Below, piece by piece: positions 50,910 through 63,640 of a DNA stretch of 64,000 nucleotides. The position numbers were made by a program, and so were the translations under genes. The notes beneath the pieces were generated by a model. That model made no database searches. It saw only the letters and a list, made by a program, of their open reading frames with translations, and had not been told where the DNA came from. Each line of letters starts with the position of its first letter. Position 1 is the stretch's first letter. Source of the DNA: Anthoceros angustus (taxonomy: Eukaryota > Plantae > Anthocerotophyta); assembly GCA_010909165.1 (NCBI GenBank), contig MU008155.1:1798001-1862000 (forward strand). Direction: 5' to 3'.

Positions 50910-51905
50910 ATGGGGACGCTTGTTGGGCACATCCTGCCCGGGCTGGGCTTCCTCCTGGTAGGCCTGTGGCACCTCATCAGCATGCTGCGGCTCTACACCA
51001 GCAATCCGTGGCGGTACGAGAGCAGGACGTGGTTCCCGGCGTGGGACAAGGGCGGGGGGAGAGGTCGGATGCGCTACCTGGAGCTGTACCTGATCGCGGG
51101 GGGCGCGACGCTGTCCATCGCGTGGGAGCTCTTCCTGGGGCCCAAGAAGCACCAGCCGCTGGACGATAGCTGGGCCATCCCGCCGGAGCATCTCAACAAT
51201 TTCGAGCACGCCTCCATCTCGCTCTTCTTCCTCATCTACGCGCTGGTGGCGCTCTACACGGACTGGAGGCGGGTGGCGCTGCCGCAGGGGATGCTGCACT
51301 TGTTGGCGGGGCTGCTGCTGAGCCAGGAGCTGCTGCTCTTCCACCTGCACAGCTCGGACCACATGGGGTTGGAGGGCCACTACCACTGGCTGCTGCAGCT
51401 GGCCATCATGGCCGGCCTGGGGGCGGTGTTGCTGGAGGTGAAGCTCCAGCAGCTCCTGGTGCTGTCCCTGGCGCGCGCCATGTCGGTCACCCTGCAGGGC
51501 GCGTGGTTAATCCAGATGGGCCTCGTGCTGTGGATCCCCCGCTTCACCCCCCGCGGCTGCGCCATGGTGCTCGAGGAGGGCGACCACCACTTGGTCCGCT
51601 GCGTCGACGACAGCTCCACCATGCGAGCCAAGGCCCTCGCCAACCTCCAATTCACCTGGTGGCTGGCGGGCATCACCGTCTTCACCGTCTTCCTCTACTC
51701 CTGGATGATGTCTTACCACTCCGACTACTCCGACCCCGACCGCCAAACAGGTCGCAAATACCAGCCCCTGGACCGACTGGAGCTCCCCCGACATGAAGAT
51801 GCGGACCCGGAGTTAGGCCACCACCCCCTCAGCCCTGCCGATTCCTCGCACATGACTCCTGGGGAGATGGAATCCTTCTCCCTCCACGTGGAAACTGGCA
51901 GATGA
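50910..51905 (+). CDS. TMEM45/DUF716-family multi-pass membrane protein, single exon
   Basis: MGTLVGHILPGLGFLLVGLWHL, HLNNFEHASI, LLFHLHSSDHMGLEGHYH, QGAWLIQMG, ANLQFTW. Confidence 0.88.
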   Translation: MGTLVGHILPGLGFLLVGLWHLISMLRLYTSNPWRYESRTWFPAWDKGGGRGRMRYLELYLIAGGATLSIAWELFLGPKKHQPLDDSWAIPPEHLNNFEHASISLFFLIYALVALYTDWRRVALPQGMLHLLAGLLLSQELLLFHLHSSDHMGLEGHYHWLLQLAIMAGLGAVLLEVKLQQLLVLSLARAMSVTLQGAWLIQMGLVLWIPRFTPRGCAMVLEEGDHHLVRCVDDSSTMRAKALANLQFTWWLAGITVFTVFLYSWMMSYHSDYSDPDRQTGRKYQPLDRLELPRHEDADPELGHHPLSPADSSHMTPGEMESFSLHVETGR

Positions 51906-52530
51906 AGTGCGCGACATGGTCAACAATCTCAGACGTGTGTCCCGAATGACGCTGGGTTTCCGAGCCTGGGCCCTGACGAGACGGGGAGATCCCTTCCAGC
52001 CGAGATCCCACTGGGAGGAACAGGGAGTGAGTGGGTCCGTCTTCTTCTTCAAATCTCAGTGTAGACTAGACTCGTATGCCTTAGGTCTCTTGTTTTGTGT
52101 GCTTCGATCACTTCGTCTTATTATTTTTTCTGTTTCGTAAAACATCACGTGTGTGCACCTCCCTCCTGTGGGCTGTGGGCTGTGGGCGCAACACAAGCAC
52201 AAGACCACAGCCCACAGCGATTTGTCATGTACGATCCATATTTTACATTCTGTACAAAAATATATGCAACACTTTGGTGTTCGATTGTTCTAGAGAGCAC
52301 CGAGAGGTGGGTTATGTGCGGAGTGCCTTGCCAGTTCTTCACAATCCTTCTGCACTCGCAAGTATGCAAGGCAAGGATGATGTTGTTGCGATCGAAGACG
52401 GATTCAACCAAACGATTCTGGTCTTGGTGTTTAAAGTGTAAGTGAGCCATGTGCAAATTGTATTGATGATATAAGAAAACGGAAGGAGTAGGCAGTACGA
52501 AAGAAAGTCATGAGCTATGCGGAAAAGGGA

Positions 52531-55500
52531 TCAGTGGCGGGTGTTCTTGCCGCCGAGGCGGAGGACGATGTAGAAGCAGATGCGGAAGAGGACGCCGAAG
52601 GCGACGGTGACGCCCAGGCAAGCCCACTTGCCGAGCTGGGTGACGTACTGGTTGTGGAGGATGGCGCGGCCGTCGGTTACGCAGGAGGAGACGTTGAGGT
52701 TCTTGAAGGGGGAGGCGGCGGGGAGGGAGGAGTCGAGCGCCGCCAGCATGCCGGCGACGGCGGAGGGCGGGAGGCCTGCGAGGGGCGTGCCGTACAGGAT
52801 CTGGGCGCCGGTCTCGAAGCAGGCGTTGGTGTGGTGGAACTCGTTGATGAGCACGGCCTCGTAGGGGTACTTGATGATGGAGAGGTAGTGGAACCAGAGC
52901 CAGTAATGGGGGATGCGGTTGCGGGCGATGAAGAAGCCGGAGAGCAGGAGGAAGTAGGCGAGCATGGCCACCACGATGGTGTAGCCGAGCATGACGTTGG
53001 GCATGACGGCGCTGAGGAAGGTGACGAAGCTGTTGCCCGCCCAGAAGCTGGCCCAGATGATGAGGAAGAAGAAGAGGAAGCCCTGGCCGCCGCCCGACAG
53101 CCCCACCGCCCACCAGATCACCAGGGCGAAGGCCATGGACAGCAGCGCCAGAAAGGGCACGTAGATGATGGCGTTGGCCAGCACGTAGGAGGACTTGCGG
53201 TAGGCGTTGTGCGTGGTCTCGCGCATGAAGATGTAGCGCTCCTGCAGGAAGACGGGCAGCGCGTCCGCGCAGGTGTAGTAGGTGGTGGACATGGCGAAGG
53301 CGAAGAAGCCCAGGCGCTCCTGCACTCCCTTGGGGCTGTGGTCCAGCCCCCAGAAGATGGTGGCCAGCAGGAAGCCCGTCACCATGACCGTCCCCAGGCG
53401 CATGAGGAAGAGCTCCGGCGTCCTGCTGATGTTGATCACGGTCCGCCGGATGAGCACGGGGATCTCGCAGTACCACGGGTTGGCGAACTTCACCACCATG
53501 CTGTCCTGGTCCTGCTCCTCCTGCGTCGACTTCCATTGATGCTGCTGGTGCATACCACCGATGCCTCCAGATTATGTGCATCGACCAAGTCATTCAAATT
53601 ATGCCCATCAAACAATCTCCAACTCACTCACCTGCGACGATAGGTCGAAGGAGGCCCGGGTTGCCACCAGCTTGCCCCGGGAGATGCTGGCAGAGATGGC
53701 GCCGCGCACGTCAGTGGCATGGCCCACGGCGCCGGCTCCGCCTCCCGACCTGCTGCTTCTCCACTTCCCGCTGCCGCCGCTCCAGGCCTTGTAAAACTCC
53801 ACCAGGGGCTTGATCCCGCCTGGGCTCTGGTGCAGCTCGGAGATGAGGTCGAGGGCGAACTCGGTGCTGTTCTCATGTGCCGGGATGGGCCTGCCGAAGT
53901 CCTTGAAGAAATCGCCCATGAGCGAGGGCGGGCCGCCGTAGATCTTCTGGCCGTGCGCCAGCAGGATGAGGCGATCCAGGAGGCCCAGGATCCTGTAGCT
54001 GGGCTGGTGGATGGAGAGGATGACGATGCTCCCCGTCTGCGCGATTCTCTGCAACGTCCTGATCACCAGGTAAGCCGATGTCGAATCCAAGCCTATTACA
54101 GGAAGCGAGAGGCGACATTAGGCGTACGAGTTAGTGAAGGAAGTGCAGAGCATGGGCGTTTTGCAAACACTTCGTATGAACCCACCCACCTGATGTGGGC
54201 TCGTCCAGGAAGAGGAGGAGCGGGTCGTGGATGATGTCGATGCCGATGGACACCCTCCGGCGCTCGCCGCCGGACACCCCGCGGTGGCCCTCGTCGCCGA
54301 TGATGGTGTTGGCGACGCGCTGCAGGCCGAGCTGCTCCAGGAGGTGCGCCACGCGGGCCTTCTTCTTGGCGGGGCTCTGCGACTGGGGCAGGCGGACGTT
54401 GGCGGAGAACATGAGCGTCTCGTGCACGGTGAGCATGGGGAAGAGCAGGTCGTCCTGCATCACGTAGGCGGAGATGGATCGCAGCAGCCGGTTGCTCACC
54501 ACCTCCCCGTTCAGCGTGATGCTGCCCTCCAGGCTGTCCCTGGCGATGCGCTGCGCCAGGGCGTCGATGAGCGTGCTCTTCCCGCTCCCGCTAGGGCCCA
54601 TCACCGCCAGGATCTCGCCGTCCCTCGCCTCCCCGGACACCTCCTTCAGCAGCACCTTGGCGCGCCTGGCCATGGGGTTGGCGCTCGCTGGGTCCGCGTC
54701 CGGCCCCGGCCCCTCCCCGGCTCCGGGCCCGGCTGCCTCCCGCTCCGGGAGCGGGCCTCCCGCACCGCCGCCGCAGCCCGCACAGCCACCCGGACTCCCG
54801 CCGCTTGTGCACCGTGTAGGAGATGTCGTGGAACCCAGCACCAGCAGCGGCTTGCCCTTCCTGGGCCGGAGCCGGGGCCCGGCGCGTCGGCGGGGCCCGG
54901 GTCGGATGTTCACCACCATGTCCTGCGCATCCTGCTGCTGCGTCAGCTTCTGGAGCTTGATGAGGATCTCCCCCGTCTTGGGCGACGCTGCCCTGACGTT
55001 GTTGGAGGCGGCCTGCATGGCGGATGCCGAGGCGGCAGCGCTGGCGCCGCTGCTCGACCGCTTTCGCCTGGGCCCCGACCCCGCGCCCTCCTTCTTGGAC
55101 CTGCGGGATGGCAGCAGGCTGGCCTTGCTGGAGGTGACGCCGGGCGACGCTGCTGTCTCGGGCATGCATATGGCCTGGGCCGGAGCAAAGAAGGAGGGGC
55201 TCCCCGGCCCGCGCTGCTGCTGGGGCTCCGGCGCGGTCCCCATGATTCCCGGGCCGACCAGGATCTCGCCCTGCCCCAGGCTCCCCAGGCTCCCCAGGCT
55301 GCTGTCGTCCAGGAAGAAGTCCTCGTCCTGGTCGTAGAAGGAGCAGGCGGAGCTGACGCTGCAGGGCGTGCCATGCCCCGACCTCCCCATGCCTGCTGCG
55401 CCCGCCATGGCTCCCGCTCCCGGAGGCCAAATTCGGGTGCTTCCTGGGAGGGAGACCGCCGAGGGCCGCCTGGGAGTGGGACCTGGCGTGCCAGCCTGCT

Positions 55501-56080
55501 GCTGCTCTGCCTCCTGTACAGATACAATCCCCGGCTCCAACTCCGCCTCCGCCTCCGCAGGCACAATCTCCGGGTCCGGGACGCGCAGCGAGGGCCACGG
55601 GTAGGGGATGTCCGGCGCGACCAAGGGCGGGCGCGGCCCCGACGAGGCGGTGGCAGCTGCGAAGCCCTGGGCCGTCGCCGACGCCGACGCCGAGTCCGGG
55701 GACGACGGCGAGGTCGGGGAGGCTACGCCGCCGGGCAGGGGCAGCGAGGCCCGCCGGGGCCCGGATGCCGTGGATGCGCCAACCGGGAGGCTCGCCCTTC
55801 GCCCAAGCTGGAGCAGCGGGGAGGGAGGCCCAGGCAGCGAGGCCCTCTTGCCTCCTACCTCTACGACGGAGCTTCTCCTCCCGGGGCCTGCCAGACTCCC
55901 CGACTGTTGCTGCCCTTGGCTTCAATCAACCTGCAAAGGAAACACTACGCTCTCGCCCACCACGCCGAGGCCAGCCCAGCCCAGCCCAGCCCTGCACCAA
56001 CATTCTTGCCCGCATTCTCCCGCCGCCTCTCACCCGCCTCCCCCGGCACGCGACTGCGCCAAGAACTGCGCCATCGCCAT
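52531..56080 (-). CDS. Half-size ABCG (WBC) transporter, ABCG1/2/6/16/20-like clade; exons (56080-56034 tentative), about 55919-54190, 54092-53632, about 53544-52531
   Basis: [25 protein letters not shown] (Walker A), [42 protein letters not shown] (signature), [15 protein letters not shown]; TMD with [35 protein letters not shown]. The 5' end is uncertain; the first in-frame ATG within the large exon is at 55408. Confidence 0.92.
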
Positions 56081-57659
56081 CCTGCCCGGCTGGAAGAGGA
56101 GCGGAAACCGGCTCCCCGCGCCGCGCATTGACGACCACCTCCGGGAAGGCGGAGCGCGAAGCACGAGAGCTCACGGCAAGGCAGAAGGCTTGCAGGCCAT
56201 GCCCTCTGCCTTCTTCCTCGCACCCAGCTAACTGTAACCGGACCCGAACCGACCACCGACCGGCAGGGAGGGACCGACCTGACCCGCCACTGGGTTAACG
56301 GTTGATTTCACGTGCATCTCACGTGCCGCTAATACGCTCCTCCATCGCCGTTGTCCTGCGTTGCTTACACCAAAGCTGCCTCGATGGAGGAGCCTTTGAT
56401 TGCTTTGCCTTGCTTTCACGTCGCGTTGCTTCCTCGGTGTGGCAGCTACCTTGGCTACGCTACGCTGCGCCACCAGCGCTTTTCTGTCCTTGATCGCGTT
56501 GGGGAGTTGGTAGACTGCGTTGCTGGCTTGCTTGCAACTGGCGCCGGCCAAAGCAACGGCGCCACATAACGGCCACCCGGTTGTTCCGCTCTCGCAATAC
56601 AATTCAATGCGCTCATTCAAGCCGGATGCGACGCCACAGATACGGTTGTTACAATGCCCCACAGCAGCGGACACTCCACGCCCCTTCCTTCCCTCGTGAC
56701 ATGACCGTTAGGAGTTGGGGACCTCCTCTGCCGATGCTGCCGATGCTGCCGATGCCCATGTCCACTCTTCGGTTCCGGCAGGCTACGCGTATGGAGCCCT
56801 CACCTACTCGCTACCGGCGCTGTCTCTCATCTCTCGCTCGCAGAGTTTTTATAAAAAAGTGGGCTCGCCATCGCTGCACCACCACTCCATACATCCATCC
56901 ATGGCCATGTACAGTAGTATGTACCACCATCGCGGCCAGGCCCCATCCCGAGGACCACTTACTGAACTGCACACCACACCTTCTCTCACACGTACTCACT
57001 GGCACAGGGCATGGCGCCGGGTCGTGACTCTACTCGGCGGATGAGAGAAAGGAGCACAAATCTGCAAGGACGGCGAGCTGTGGATCTCTTATCATTGTCA
57101 TGTTGACTGCCTCACCAACTGGGTTGATTGCTGGCTGCGGAATCCTAGACCAATCCCTTCTCTCCTTCCAGCTCCAGCTGATTAGCACGCATCTCCACCT
57201 GCTTTCAGGAAAGCGAAGCCCGTTACAGTCCAGCTTTCGACTTTCCTCCACAATAGGGCTCATGGCAGGACTGCTGCACACCATGGCACTCGCGTCCCCG
57301 TCCGTTCCGGTACGCGATACTTGCTCCACCCACCTCCAACATGCACCGCCACACTTGGCTGCACCAAGGCACTTGTGCCTAGCCACTAGCACCGTCACGT
57401 CCTGGGTGGTGGAAGGGGCTACCTACCATCGACACAGGCCTTTTCTGAAACCGGTGAACTGCTTAGTATTCCAGTACTAGTATTACAGCACATGCTTGTT
57501 ACGGGTACCGGCGTGGTAATGGTAATGGCCGAGAAATTCAGTGGATGCTACCATCGTTGAAACAATGCTTTGGCTGGCGCTGGCAGCCTCTGAACTTCTC
57601 ACCAGCTCCGGTCGCCACTCCCTGGTCTCAAACCTGAAACCAGAAAGCACACACAAGAC

Positions 57660-58104
57660 CTAAGATACTGTAATCGCCACAGCCAAGAACCAACGATGAC
57701 ACCAGCTGTGGACCAGTGGCACACAACGCCTTGCCTTCTTGGCTGGTGTAATCAAATTCTTCAAGGAGTCTGCCGCGGCTCTGACGCCTGCCGTGACAAA
57801 GAGGAGCGCAGGTTTCAGATTGCAAAGCCAGCACCAAGGAAAAAAACGCACAACCGCGCACCACGTCCTTCCCAAGCTGCTGTGACCACGAGGCCCGCAC
57901 GCTGTGGGGGAGGAACTTACACTTGAATCCGAAGTCTGCCACCATGCACACCGGGCACTCCAGGGTTGTGTCGAGCTTCACGTTCGTCCAGGGCGACTCC
58001 GAGGTTTCAGACGCCTTTTCTCCTTCCTGCTTCTCCCCGTTGCTTGCGACATCGCTGTCTAGCAGGCTCTTCTCCAAAGGATTGTCGGTCGCAGCCTCGG
58101 CCAT
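57660..58104 (-). CDS. Hypothetical small protein with CPVC motif, tentative 2 exons (58104-57921, 57787-57660)
   Basis: ATG in good context; acidic N-terminus, then LECPVCMVADFGFK; strong GTAAGT donor at 57920 and CAG acceptor at 57788 give an in-frame continuation CVRAAADSLKNLI. Family not recognised. Confidence 0.4.
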
Positions 58105-59398
58105 CGCGGGAGTGCACCAAAATTGTGAGGCAGACAGGTGCTACCAAGTGAAGAGGCGCTCCTTTGCTTGCCCTAGTTTCCTTGGAATTGATGCAGCCTT
58201 CTGCTTCTACCGGTAGCGTTTTGAGCTGCCTGTTTTTTCCACAGCTGCCGTAACCTTGGGGACCGCTTGTGGCCCGAGGACCTCAGCAGGAGCTGCTTTC
58301 GTGTTTCCAGAGCAAGGAACTTGGGATGGATATAGCAGACGGGAATGACATTGGTATTGTGGACAACAATCTCGGCAGCCTCTATCAAAACTACATGAAC
58401 AGTGGCATCTATTGGGGATGCACTGTGCACATTTCTTTAGAGTGTGGCAGGCTAGACTGCACGTGCGTTTCTTCGACAGGGGATGGACTTCCCCATTTCC
58501 ACATCTTCTTTCCTGCTGGTTTCATGTAAGCCTGATCAGAGTTGTTCGATTGCTGTGACGAGAGGCAGGGATCGAGCATTTTATCAGCTGCGTGGTTGAT
58601 CTTCGCTAGCAGATCCCGATGCTGGCAAGTCGCCAACCAAATTTTTGTGCAGTATGTCGTTTCAGAATGACACTGTGGGTGGAAGTGTGCGTTTGCTACA
58701 TGTCTGCAAGCTTGAGCTATCTGCTATAGAACTGGCTGCTGGACATGAGCTCATGTCAGCTATATGAGATGCTGGCAGGTGGGACGATGTTATCAGATAC
58801 AGATGCTGCCGATGATTCTACACAGCCTCCTGACAACAAGTCAGAAGAATCCTGCCACACCGGATGGAAGAGCAACACTGTGCATGATCTTCTTGTGGGA
58901 AAACGGAAAAGAGGCATGACGTCATCGTGAAGTTAAAGACTTTGAATTCTCGAGTGAAAGACGGAAGCTCCCTGGTGTGGGCATGCTGGAAATCTTCATC
59001 TGGCTTCTAGCCTCATCAACACACCCAGTTAAGGTCTGCAAATGTGAACCCACTGCCATAGCGGTACTAAGCTCATCTAAGGATGGGAAGCTGGGAGACG
59101 GTCGTGAGAAATGTACGGAGTGCCCACCGAGTGAAGATGGAATATCCTTATTGCAGGATTGTCTATGGCTTCTAATAGCTCTTCAAAGTCTTCGCAATAC
59201 ATGGCGGCTGTCAATATCTTCCCACCTTGCAGCCTTCAGCCTTAATTGGGGATTGCTTCTCGACAGGCAGGCTCTGAGACTGACAGAGAAGCTTAACACC
59301 GTAAAAGCTTGTGTACCCTCATCTCAAGAAGTGGGACGACAAGCTTAATTGGGGGAAACAAAACCGATGGATGACCGTTCACAGAATCACCATATTCA

Positions 59399-61312
59399 TC
59401 AATCATACCATTTCGTGCTCTTCCTTGCATGACTAGGTTCCGGGAAGGGAAGATTTACAATCTTGTTGATCTTGGCCTGATGTTTGCCTTCCACAACATT
59501 AGCATCTGGTTCAAAAGGAGATACAAAACAAAGTGAGGAAGAACTCCTTTTTCGTTTTGCAAAAAAAAGTATTCGATCTAGTTAAAATATTGAAGTTCTT
59601 CATAAAATGACTCCTCAATTTACTTACGTGATTGTTCTAATCTTTGCTTCTCCTTCTCAATTAAAGTGACTGCTTTTTTCTTGTTCATTTGAGCTTCCAA
59701 TGCATGAAGAAACTCTTGCTTGCTCTGCATTAAGATGAATTATATATTAAAAGACTTGCATATTTAAACTCTAGGATGATGATGAATTTTCTTCTCACTT
59801 ATTGAGTGATAGCCTACCATTCTTTCTTGTTGTCTTTCTTCTTGTTCTTCTCGTGCCTTTGCTTGAGCATCCAAGCTATATTGATCTCGAGCTTTTTGTT
59901 TGTCGTCTTTTTCTTTTTGTCGTGCTTCATCTAAACAAGAATAACACACGTGTGTGTAAAAAGGAGATATCATCTTCACATCTACTATCTAATATGTGAT
60001 GTGCTGGTAATACATTTAAATTAAAAAATATTCATACATTGAAGTATTATTTATGACTTTCAAACAGAATTAAGTTATACCTTTTCTTCTTATATTATCC
60101 TGCCGGTCTTCGTGGCAAGCCTCGAAAAGCTTTCTCCTCTCCAAATCTTCATGCCTTTTTATGGCATCTCTTCTCTCCCACTCTTCAGCAGCTTCTGCTT
60201 CTATAATAGCATTCCTTTTTTCCTCAATTTCTTTTTGTTTTGTTAATGTTGTCTTTAACTCTGAAGCATATTGTTGTGCTTCTCGACGTTGTGCAGCTCT
60301 CAACTCTTGGTCTTCTGCCTCTTCTGCTTCCTCTCTCTCTTGTACCATTGCGCAAAGGTGGGCATCAAATTGTTGTTCCTCGAGTGCTTCTGCATGTTTT
60401 TCTTGCACTCTTTTTTCATTATACTCCAATAACTGTTGAGCTCGTTGAGCATCATAACACCTTTTGTGATATTGTTGTTGCCTTAAAACTTCTTCCTCCT
60501 CGGCCCATTTTTGGTTCATTTCTCTCATTTCTTGCAAAATTGTTTCTTTTTCCTCCTCTCTCAAATGCTCAATGTTTTCAATTTGATTGCGAAGAATTTG
60601 AGCAGCTTCTGTTTTCCTTTCATGTTGTTCGTCAAGTTCTCTAAGATACCGTTCTTCTTGTTTAGCCCATTCCTTTTCCATCATTTTATCTATATGTTTG
60701 TTCTTTTCTCGATCTAATTCTGCTTGTCTTCGTTTTTCATCTATTTGTGCTTGTCTTCCAGCGGTTGCTCTCATGACAGCCAATCTACAGTCATAAAGTA
60801 GTACACAATCAATAAGGTTGTTTAGTGTGATGTTGTAATGTTTTTATCCAATAGAAATACATGTACCTGGAATCATGGGTTCGAACTTCATCAGTGCTAT
60901 CTCGAAATTGTCTCTGAAGCATCTCTTCTGCAATATGCCCTCTCATTGCTTCACGTTGTAGTCTCAAGTTCCGTGCTCTTGATTCTAACCAAGCTCTCCT
61001 TTCTGTTAGATTCATGGTGGCAGTTTGTAATTCTAATTGAAGCTGTGTATCCTCTTCATATATACATTGTCTTAATCTATTTCTCTTTTCTGCAATCTTC
61101 ATATCTTCTTGTGCTTTCATTGCTTCAAACTTTTCAAGCATATTCCGAGTTTTGCTTTTTGGAACTCCAGCACATTCAAATTCAGCATTGAGCATGAGAT
61201 GTCGATACTCATTTACAAAGGCAATTCTATCCCGTAGTTTATCCTCATATACTCTAGCCTTGTAAATCCTATCCTCATTCGCTGGTAAACGCTTTGCTGT
61301 ATACATCGCCAT
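59399..61312 (-). CDS. CFAP53: Cilia- and flagella-associated protein 53 (CCDC11; TPH coiled-coil); 5 exons (61312-60867, 60784-60081, 59930-59818, 59724-59628, 59505-59399), 488 aa
   Basis: Charged coiled-coil with ERRAWLESRARNLRLQRE...LQRQFRDSTDEVR, resembling the CFAP53 N-region, and C-terminal HARKSTKWYD. The five exons join in phase to 1467 nt. Confidence 0.75.
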
Positions 61313-61564
61313 CTTCGCTGGCTGTGACTATTCGTCCGATGACCCTTAATGTTTCATTCTTTTAGCTTCATCCTTCATTCGTTTAGCTTCATACACTCTG
61401 GTTGCCCAATAATTATTTTATTTCAGAATTCCTATGCACCATTTACTATAAGACAGCTTGGAGGAGACCCCAGGTTCACGATGAAACAAAGGACAACAAT
61501 AAAGCCCTTATTACAATTCTATTTTAATAGCACTACACAAATTCAAAGTTGTGCAGTGTGAAGG

Positions 61565-61657
61565 TGAGAAATGAGAGGTTAAAAATATTCCCCCATACAT
61601 GTAGAGTACCTGAGAAATGAGAGGTTAAAAATATTCCCCCATACATGTAGAGTACCT
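61565..61657. repeat. 46-bp direct tandem duplication upstream of CFAP53
   Basis: TGAGAAATGAGAGGTTAAAAATATTCCCCCATACATGTAGAGTACC occurs twice in tandem. Confidence 0.9.
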
Positions 61658-62189
61658 AGACTGCGTAAAGCTTTGAATGAATTATTTTTTTAAGGATAGG
61701 TATAGTAATTAAAAATAATAATCTTTACACCTCAATCTTATTTTTGGCATTTGCAAGCATTTATAATCTGCCCATATGAATATATGTGCATGACCATATG
61801 TTCATCAATCAAACAACAAGAAAAAAAATATTTTAATTATATCGATAGTATGAAAACTTCAAATATGTTTTAATCAATGTGAACCACCATGAATACTTCA
61901 AATATGTTTTAATCGATTTGATCCAAATAAGAATTGTTTAGACACCAAGTGATTCTTCATATAGAAGTTGATATGCAATTATCTTTGGTGATCTTTGGTG
62001 GCTAAGTGAGCAATTTCTTTTCTTGCATGTGTGGTGTATGGTACTATCGCAAAGTAATTTTCCATACAAGACAACCCTTGTGGTCCTTTCAAACCATAAA
62101 TCATTTAAACCCTCTTGAAAATGGTTATCACTATGAATCTATTCGTATTTAGTGATAGTATATCATAGTGTATAGTTGTGCATATCATT

Positions 62190-62612
62190 ATGGATATTGA
62201 GAAGCGGCCAATTATAATTTCTCTTACAATTGCTTTGTTGTTATCAATCTTATTTGCTTTTCTTTTCAAGGATCCAGAGCCTTTAGAGAAAAATGAATTT
62301 GGAAGTAGCAAAGTTGCACTTTCTGAACCTTCCTCGCCAAAGACTTCAGAAAAAAATGAATTTGGGAGCGACAAAGTTGCACTTTCCAAACCTTCCAGAT
62401 CTCCCTCAATTTCTGACCCTGATAATCCCTCTTGCAAGTGTGCAGAAAACATGCAGGCTAAAATTCTTCATAAGAATAGTAAAGATTGTCTACTTTGCAA
62501 ATTTATATCGTTGGGTGTAGAATGTGAGCATTGTCTAGCATTAAACCATCAGCATTTCCTTCAAGATATTTTTGGAAAATCATCCTCATTTATGAAATAT
62601 TCCAAATTATGA
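62190..62612 (+). CDS. Hypothetical 140-aa protein: N-terminal hydrophobic helix, 21-aa duplicated repeat, Cys/His-rich C-terminus
   Basis: Open frame in AT-rich DNA; IIISLTIALLLSILFAFLF; EKNEFGSxKVALSxPS twice (63-bp unit); CKC...CLLC...CEHC...H.H. Confidence 0.4.
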   Translation: MDIEKRPIIISLTIALLLSILFAFLFKDPEPLEKNEFGSSKVALSEPSSPKTSEKNEFGSDKVALSKPSRSPSISDPDNPSCKCAENMQAKILHKNSKDCLLCKFISLGVECEHCLALNHQHFLQDIFGKSSSFMKYSKL

Positions 62613-63640
62613 AGATAGGCTTGAGCATGGTTGAATGTGAATATTGAGGCGTTCTTTGATACACTGCTTATCAAAAAATCATTTATATTTCTGACTGTTC
62701 TCACTGTTGACTTTCAGTTACTAGCAAATTAGTGGAAATTGCTAAAAAGCCATTTCAGTTGGGGGCCAAATAATCTTCAAGTATAGACTCTTCAAGTTCT
62801 TGCAATTCGCAAGTGAGATAATTTGTGAGCTAGAATGACGGAGCACTTTATAGGTAAATAAAGTATTTGTTGTCTTTAAATACAAAAAATACTACTGTTA
62901 TATGGTCTAAAAATAGCGCCAAAGCTGCTCCACTCCCCGCTATATAAGGTCCTAGCTCCTGCCCAAGTCTTAGACAAAATTGTTGGAATTAGTTTATGAA
63001 TGAGAGGTTTGAAGAAGGCATCAAGTTGGATCCCTTCATGTTGTAAACCTATACTAATTTTGAACATTATTGTTGTTGGCCACTTGGATTGACAGATGAT
63101 CACCCATCGAGACCTTATGTAAAGCAAGGGATACCTATTGATTGTTAAATAAAGACAACAAAAAATAATAGAAGCAATTGTACTCCCACTAAGATTGATG
63201 TAGTCTCCACATTTTTCTAGGCTTTCTTTTTTAAATGAGCGTAGCAAGGTCTAAAGGGGCAGCAAGATTCATTCTTTAAGTCACATCGATTGCAACCGAA
63301 TTCAAGGTGCTTGGCTACCACCTTGAAAGGTTTTACAATTCTTATTGCGGTCCATTTCTTTTATTTTTTATTTTTTGGGAAGATTCATAAATCATACAAA
63401 TATAGAAGGCACTTAGAGAGTGTTACTTATATGGGGTGAGCCATAGCTAGGGTTAGTTTTTGTTGTGGTTGGCTTTTTTCATAAAACTCCAAATTATTGA
63501 AACCACCATGCTGGGTATCCAGACTCATTGATTCTTAGCCCAACATTATCCTCTGGGTGAGGCGGCCAACTTTAACCCCCAAATGATCGGGGGTGTGGAG
63601 GGTATTTTCAAGGAAATACCCTCCACACACTTGTAATTGC

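Noticed and set aside
7000-57000. Many long alternative-frame or antisense ORFs overlapping GC-rich genes (e.g. 54227-56131 +, 35984-37048 -, 10637-11731 +, 52510-53643 +, 18431-19108 +)
   Set aside because: Shadow ORFs expected from high GC3 and repeats in the real genes; no family motifs.
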